A DNA stretch of 64,000 bases. It comes from Candidatus Latescibacterota bacterium. Lineage in GTDB: Bacteria > Latescibacterota > UBA2968 > UBA8231. Position 1 is the stretch's first letter; each line of letters starts with the position of its first letter. The translations under genes and the position numbers were made by a program. The DNA lies in assembly GCA_965248265.1 (NCBI GenBank), contig CBDFJF010000001.1, positions 768,001-832,000 of the forward strand, read 5' to 3'. Shown in pieces: positions 58,685 to 64,000 of the stretch. A model generated the notes under the pieces. That model was given only the letters and a program-made list of their open reading frames with translations. It had not been told where the DNA came from and did not search any database.

Positions 58685-61600
58685 ATGAGCGCGCTCAGAC
58701 GAGTTGGTCTGCTATGGATTGTGGCGGTAACTGCGGGCTCTGTGTTTGCTGCTCGGGCACCGGCCGCTGCGACGGGAGCGTTCGCCGACGTGCCGTTCCA
58801 ATCCGGCGCAGGGCCTTCGGTCAGAGAAGATGACCTCGACGGCGATGGGCATCGTGAGGTGATCCTCGAGAACGCCCACGTCAGGCTCATCTTCGCGCCT
58901 GCGATGGGTGGCGTGTGCCGGAGCTTGCGGCTGAAACCCTCGGGCACCGAGCTGGTTAATGCTCAAGGAAGCGGTTATGGCGCCCTGCGAGACCAATTGT
59001 GGTGGCCGCGCTACAGTTTCGCGGACCGTGTTTACTTCCACCGGCACGAGCAGACCCGCGACACGGCCTCCGTCGAGATGTGGACGACGGGCGTCGGCGG
59101 CATGATGAGCTTCACCGAGATCCGTAAGCGCATTACGATCACGCGTGACAGCGAGACGATCAACGTCGAGTACCGGCTGACCAACGAGCCATCGTCGCAG
59201 ACCGACTTTGACTACGGCTTCTGGTCGCACAACGAGCTGGGAGTACCGGGGCGCCTCAACACCTACTTCTTCCCCACCACCGAGGGCGTGCGCTCATTCA
59301 CCCTCGATCCATCGAAGGCCACGACGAGCAGCGAAACCTGGTATCGCAACCCCGCCCGCGGGTGGACGGCCGTCCTCTCGGACCAGGGCACAGGGTTGGC
59401 TGTCGAGGTGCCCTACCGATACCTGAACCGCTTCTACCACCGGCACGATGCGGGGTCGTCAGCGGCGACGCATGAGTGGTGGCTCAATCTCATCGAGGTT
59501 GATGCCGGCGAGGAACTGCAGGCCGATTTCACCTTCACTCCGTTTGATGGGCTGAGCCGAGTGGACGGTGTCGTCGGGGGCGTGGTCGGGGAAATCGAAG
59601 GCGAGGTTCAAGGCAACACGCTCGAAGTCGTGGCGCGACTGGTGACGCCTCGCGGGCAGCCGGAAGCCGCGGCAGAGCTGCGCCTGCTGTCACCCGGAGA
59701 CAGCGGTTACGTGCTGGACCGCGCGGTGCTCAAGCCGGGTGCGACTGTTGAATTGAAAGCCCGCGCCAAGGGGCTGCAGCCGGGGGTCCACCGAGCAAGT
59801 GTTCGCCTTGCGCGCCGGCAAGACGCCCTGGGCAGCTTCGAACGGGCTTTCGCAGTCGGTGGTGCCCCATTGGTGCATGAGCTCGAGCCCGAGGGCGAGC
59901 GCGTGGGGCGCGCCGAGCCGGAGGATCCACGCCTGCATTATTGGAGGGAGCGGCCGGGACACGACATCAGCGCGGAAGTCGTCACACCTCACATCCCGTG
60001 GGCGCGCCCCTTCGCCGGCGGCAAGATCCGCGCCCTCGTCCTCCTCGACGACATGAATTCCCGTGAAGCAGTCGAGCTGGCTCAGCGACTCGACCTCGAG
60101 CTCGACTACGTCAAGTTCCGCAGCTCACTGGAAGAACAGTTCCTCTATCAAGGTGACCAGAGCATCCAATCCCTCGAGGCCGCCCAGCGCAAGTTGGCGG
60201 AGAAGCTGCGCACCCGCTACGACGTCATCGTGATCGCCGGGTTCAGATGGGACTTCCACTTTACCGACGAACTTCGCGCCGCGATGCTCGAACAGGTCCG
60301 CAGTGGAACGGGCCTTGTCCTCATTCAACCCGACGGATTCGACGAGACGGCAGCGCGCCAACTCCCGGTCGCAGGCGTCGCCAAGCAGGGCAATGCCGCG
60401 CGTCCCATGAGCCCGTGGTTCCGAAACCAGACGACGGTGGGCCCGCGCCTAGGCGGCCGCATCAGCGCCTGGCATAGATGGGCGCAGGCCGGCGCGCATC
60501 CGCTTGTCACCGGTCTGGACTGGGATCGGTTCCCCAAGACCCGCCGGCACGAGTTCGACATCCCGCCGCAGGGCGAGGTGGTCGCCACCATAGGCGACGA
60601 CGACGCACCGCTTTTGACCCTGGGCACCTTGGGCAAGGGTCGCGTCGTCGGTGGAACGTGGGACACGCTGACCCACCCAATGACCTATCGAGGCTTCAGC
60701 GGTCTGACCCCGGTCCTCAGCCACCGCGGAGCCTGGCTACGCCCCGACTTCGCCTCGCTGCCGAAGAACTACCACGAGTGGTGGTTCGCGCTGTTGACGC
60801 GGTTGACCGCATGGGCGGCCGGCCGCGACACCGGTGTCAGCATCACGGCTGCGCCACCTGTTTCAGGGCAGCTCGGCAACCCCCTTGAGGTGAGCTTGAC
60901 GATTCGCAGTGAGCGCGCGGTGCCCGATGCGTATGTCGAGATCCATTGGTTCAGCAGCATCGGCGAGCCATACGCACTGACAAAAACGCCCGCGGTGCTG
61001 AGCCGCGGCCAGACCACCCTCTCACTGCCCGTGCCACCACAGACACTGGCCCACACAAACACAGCGTGCTTCATCATCCGCGATGCCGCAGGCGCTTCGC
61101 TCGCATGGGGCTTCACCAGCGTTGACCTTGCCGTGCCGACGTGGCTCGCACAGCTGCAGCTCGAGCCCGACACCTTCGTGCCACAGGGCGGCGTTTGGCA
61201 GGAGGACAGCGCAGTTGAGACCCGTGCCTTCAGGCCGTCGCAGCCTATGCGCGCCGCTGTCCAGCTTGCCATGCCGGCGCCCCAAGCGCTCGTCGTGCAC
61301 TTCACCTTCACCGACAGCCACGGACGGATTCTGGCGCGCGCGCGAACCGATGTGGCCGCAGGCGCAACACGAGCCGACGTCGTGCTGGAGCCTCCATCCC
61401 TGGTGCATCAGGGCATCGAGGTGACGGCGAAGCTGGCGGATGCTCATCGCGTTTGGGACGTCCAGCGCGCTCGGGCCGTTGCCCATCGTCCCCGGGTGTG
61501 GAACCGGTTCTGGTACACATCGTGGGGCGGACAGTACCTGTGGCGGACGAAGTATCTGTTCGATTTCAACAGTCGCCTGGTCCGGGACTGGGGTCTCGAT

Positions 61601-63802
61601 GTGTCCCTGTGGGGCGGCGTGCAGCTCCACACGGGCAAGGTCAGAGACAACGCCTTCTGGGGCATCAACCATTCGTGGCTCGACCTGCTGATAGAGAACA
61701 TGCCCCCCGGGGTGCCGGACTTTAAGGACTATGATTTCGCGACCAAGGCGGAGCAATACGCAAAGACCGGTGAGAAGAGGTTCCTCGTCCGCACACCGTC
61801 GCTGGTGGACCCGGATTGGCGTGCGGCCGTGAGCGAGAGGCTCGTGGAGGTTGTCGGCAGCACAATGCCGCCCGGCACCTATGACTACTGCCTGGGCGAC
61901 GAAATGTCGCTCAGCCACTACTCGCGGTTCCACGACTACGATTGGTCCGAGCACAGTCTTGCGCACTTCCGCCTCTGGCTCAAGAAAAGGCACACCAACC
62001 TCGAAACCCTCAACGCCGCCTGGGACACAGCCTACGAGCGTTGGGACGATGTCGTACCCCTGACTCGCGAAGAAGCCCTGGAGACAGAGAACCCGGCGCC
62101 GTGGTTCGAATTCAGAGCATACATGAACCACCAGGTGGCCGACTTCTTCACGTTCGTCCAGCAGACCATTCGCAGCGTGGACCCCCATGCTCGAGTGGGG
62201 CTGTCGGGCACGCAGGGCCCTGAGGCCGCCAATGGGATGGAGTGGTGGAAGCTGTCGAATGCGATGAGCTACTACCATGGCTACAACAGCGGTTGGTCGC
62301 ACGAGATGCGGCGTTCATTCCAGCGTCACGGTGGGGCTGGCCAGTCGCCGTACCTCAGCGGCTACCATGCCGTCAACCCGCGCGCGGAGTATCGCATGTG
62401 GTGGTGCCTGTTCCACGACACGCGCGGCATCTCGGCCTGGGCCACGAAACTGTTCTTTTATGGGGATTTCACCCAAACCGCCTCGGGCCGCGACACCGGC
62501 GCCCACTTGCGCGAGTTTCGTCGAGGTATCTGGCGGCTGTTGCGCGGCGCCACGCGACAGCATGATGGGGTCGCACTCTACTATTCGATGCCTTCGATCA
62601 TCGCCGGCGCGCTGAGCGGCGAGGAGAACGAGATCAACTGGGCCCGTGACGCCTGGGGGAAACTCATCGAGGCCAGCGGCCTGCAGTATGAATTCGTGGC
62701 CCATGAGCAGGTCGCCGATGGTCTGCTCGGGCGCGGCGAGTTCGAGGTTGTCATTCTGCCCTACACGTTGGCGCTTTCGCAATCGGAGGCAGAGGCCTTG
62801 CGGTCGTTCGTGCGCGCGGGCGGGACACTCATCGCCACGCGGCCCGTCGGGGTTCGCGACGATCTCGGCCGCCCGCAGCGGCCGGGCCTTCTCGACGATC
62901 TCTTCGAGGCCGGCCTCGAGGGTGAGCCGCGTGCAGTCGAGCCACACGTGACGCTCGCGGCCGCCGTAGGCGGGCTGAAGGCAGGGACGGAGGTACGCCT
63001 GCCCGTCGCCGCCACTGACGTCGTCCTTTCCGGCGCTCAGGCCTACGCCACGACCACCGACGGGGCCGTTCCGGCGCTCACGAGTGCAGCGAACGGGCGC
63101 GCACATCTTTTGAACCTCGATCTGACTGGCTTGAGGCGCACCCAGCGCGGAATTGACCCGGGGGGCGATAGTGAAGCGCGGTACCACTCGCCGACCGCGC
63201 GTCAACTGCGTGCCATTGTCCTTGACCTGCTCGACCGGGCCGGCGTCCAGCCGAAGCACCCCTTAAGGCTGACAAGCGGCCGGGTGCCCCGGGTCGAGAT
63301 GGTCCGCTACGTCCTCGATGGCGTGGAGTTCCTGTGCCTGCTCAACGCCGACGAGAAGTCCGATGTGGCGGTCATTGACCTTGGCGAAAAACGCCACGTC
63401 TACGATGTCCGCGGAGAAACTTTTCTCGGAGAGCTCGAGACGCTGAAAGTGCCGTTCGATCCAATGGGCGCTCGCGTGTATTGTCTCGCGCCAGAGCCGC
63501 TTCCCGCACCGACCATTCGTGCCCCCAGTGCCGCTGTTCGCGAGGTCGCCGGACGCGCCGAGACGCTCGAATTCACTGTCGGTCAGGCCGGCCCCGCTCC
63601 GGCTCGACAACTCGTCCGCATCACCGTGGCCGACGGCCATGGGCGAAACCGGGAGGAGTTGATGCAGACCGTGTGGGTCAAGGGTGAGCCCGTCGGATCT
63701 TCCCTTCCACTGGCGCTCAACGACCCAACCGGCGCATGGACCCTCACGGCGACGGACGTGATGAGCGGCCAGAGCGCTACGGCCAAGGTGGTTGTGCGAT
63801 GA
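58685..63802 (+). CDS. Large secreted GH42-like (beta-galactosidase trimerisation domain) multidomain protein
   Basis: Signal peptide; VTPHIPWARP; LGDEMSL, FRLWLKKRH.NLETLNAAWDT, W.EFR; VALYYS..VILPY..LRSFVRAGGTLIA; LALNDPTGAW. Confidence 0.75.
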   Translation: MSALRRVGLLWIVAVTAGSVFAARAPAAATGAFADVPFQSGAGPSVREDDLDGDGHREVILENAHVRLIFAPAMGGVCRSLRLKPSGTELVNAQGSGYGALRDQLWWPRYSFADRVYFHRHEQTRDTASVEMWTTGVGGMMSFTEIRKRITITRDSETINVEYRLTNEPSSQTDFDYGFWSHNELGVPGRLNTYFFPTTEGVRSFTLDPSKATTSSETWYRNPARGWTAVLSDQGTGLAVEVPYRYLNRFYHRHDAGSSAATHEWWLNLIEVDAGEELQADFTFTPFDGLSRVDGVVGGVVGEIEGEVQGNTLEVVARLVTPRGQPEAAAELRLLSPGDSGYVLDRAVLKPGATVELKARAKGLQPGVHRASVRLARRQDALGSFERAFAVGGAPLVHELEPEGERVGRAEPEDPRLHYWRERPGHDISAEVVTPHIPWARPFAGGKIRALVLLDDMNSREAVELAQRLDLELDYVKFRSSLEEQFLYQGDQSIQSLEAAQRKLAEKLRTRYDVIVIAGFRWDFHFTDELRAAMLEQVRSGTGLVLIQPDGFDETAARQLPVAGVAKQGNAARPMSPWFRNQTTVGPRLGGRISAWHRWAQAGAHPLVTGLDWDRFPKTRRHEFDIPPQGEVVATIGDDDAPLLTLGTLGKGRVVGGTWDTLTHPMTYRGFSGLTPVLSHRGAWLRPDFASLPKNYHEWWFALLTRLTAWAAGRDTGVSITAAPPVSGQLGNPLEVSLTIRSERAVPDAYVEIHWFSSIGEPYALTKTPAVLSRGQTTLSLPVPPQTLAHTNTACFIIRDAAGASLAWGFTSVDLAVPTWLAQLQLEPDTFVPQGGVWQEDSAVETRAFRPSQPMRAAVQLAMPAPQALVVHFTFTDSHGRILARARTDVAAGATRADVVLEPPSLVHQGIEVTAKLADAHRVWDVQRARAVAHRPRVWNRFWYTSWGGQYLWRTKYLFDFNSRLVRDWGLDVSLWGGVQLHTGKVRDNAFWGINHSWLDLLIENMPPGVPDFKDYDFATKAEQYAKTGEKRFLVRTPSLVDPDWRAAVSERLVEVVGSTMPPGTYDYCLGDEMSLSHYSRFHDYDWSEHSLAHFRLWLKKRHTNLETLNAAWDTAYERWDDVVPLTREEALETENPAPWFEFRAYMNHQVADFFTFVQQTIRSVDPHARVGLSGTQGPEAANGMEWWKLSNAMSYYHGYNSGWSHEMRRSFQRHGGAGQSPYLSGYHAVNPRAEYRMWWCLFHDTRGISAWATKLFFYGDFTQTASGRDTGAHLREFRRGIWRLLRGATRQHDGVALYYSMPSIIAGALSGEENEINWARDAWGKLIEASGLQYEFVAHEQVADGLLGRGEFEVVILPYTLALSQSEAEALRSFVRAGGTLIATRPVGVRDDLGRPQRPGLLDDLFEAGLEGEPRAVEPHVTLAAAVGGLKAGTEVRLPVAATDVVLSGAQAYATTTDGAVPALTSAANGRAHLLNLDLTGLRRTQRGIDPGGDSEARYHSPTARQLRAIVLDLLDRAGVQPKHPLRLTSGRVPRVEMVRYVLDGVEFLCLLNADEKSDVAVIDLGEKRHVYDVRGETFLGELETLKVPFDPMGARVYCLAPEPLPAPTIRAPSAAVREVAGRAETLEFTVGQAGPAPARQLVRITVADGHGRNREELMQTVWVKGEPVGSSLPLALNDPTGAWTLTATDVMSGQSATAKVVVR

Positions 63803-63872
63803 AGCGACCGATGGCGGTGGGCGCGCTTGCAGGGAGATCCATCCCGAAATCTGCTTCGCAAGCCTGACCGGA

Positions 63873-63940
63873 TGCCAACGGCAAGACACCCTGGATCAAG
63901 ATCAAGAATCCGGGTTATTCGCAAGCCGTGGACCGAGGTG
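63873..63940 (+). pseudogene. Possible ATP-dependent DNA ligase C-terminal remnant
   Basis: PWIKIKNPGYSQA resembles ligase motif V; very short. Confidence 0.35.
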
Positions 63941-64000
63941 AAAGGCCGGCGGTTGGATCATCTACATGATTCATGGAGTGGGAGAAGGTACGCACACTTT

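Overview
A GC-rich bacterial window. The gene style suggests a Latescibacterota/Poribacteria-like organism, which is an inference: many PhyH-family dioxygenases, GH32/43-like propeller paralogues, GHL10, FG-GAP/ASPIC proteins with FlgD/T9SS-like tails and a DUF6785-type membrane protein. Intact catabolic clusters (about 26.9-32.4, 37.4-51.5 and 57-63.8 kb) alternate with accessory zones full of gene fragments. Main observations: (1) Five copies of a 29-bp 11-7-11 inverted-arm site (spacer TCCTAT[A/G]) fall into left and right subtypes that bracket cargo DNA in direct orientation, with no recombinase in the window. This looks like a trans-mobilised tyrosine-recombinase module system. (2) An integrase-less integron cassette array lies at 10.55-16.25 kb, with two attI-like sites and 5-6 attC sites. 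It carries a tandem FliG-C protein, a GNAT, a HigBA-type TA pair broken by an IS3 element, an MBL-like protein and a methyltransferase. (3) A DUF427 gene has an in-frame UGA at the conserved Cys followed by an fdhF-like SECIS hairpin, making it a candidate selenoprotein. (4) FliG C-terminal and FlgM-like modules occur outside any flagellar context, including a degenerate cyclase-FliG_C fusion. Several single-base frameshifts may be sequencing errors. Family names come from motif recognition only, and no searches were run.
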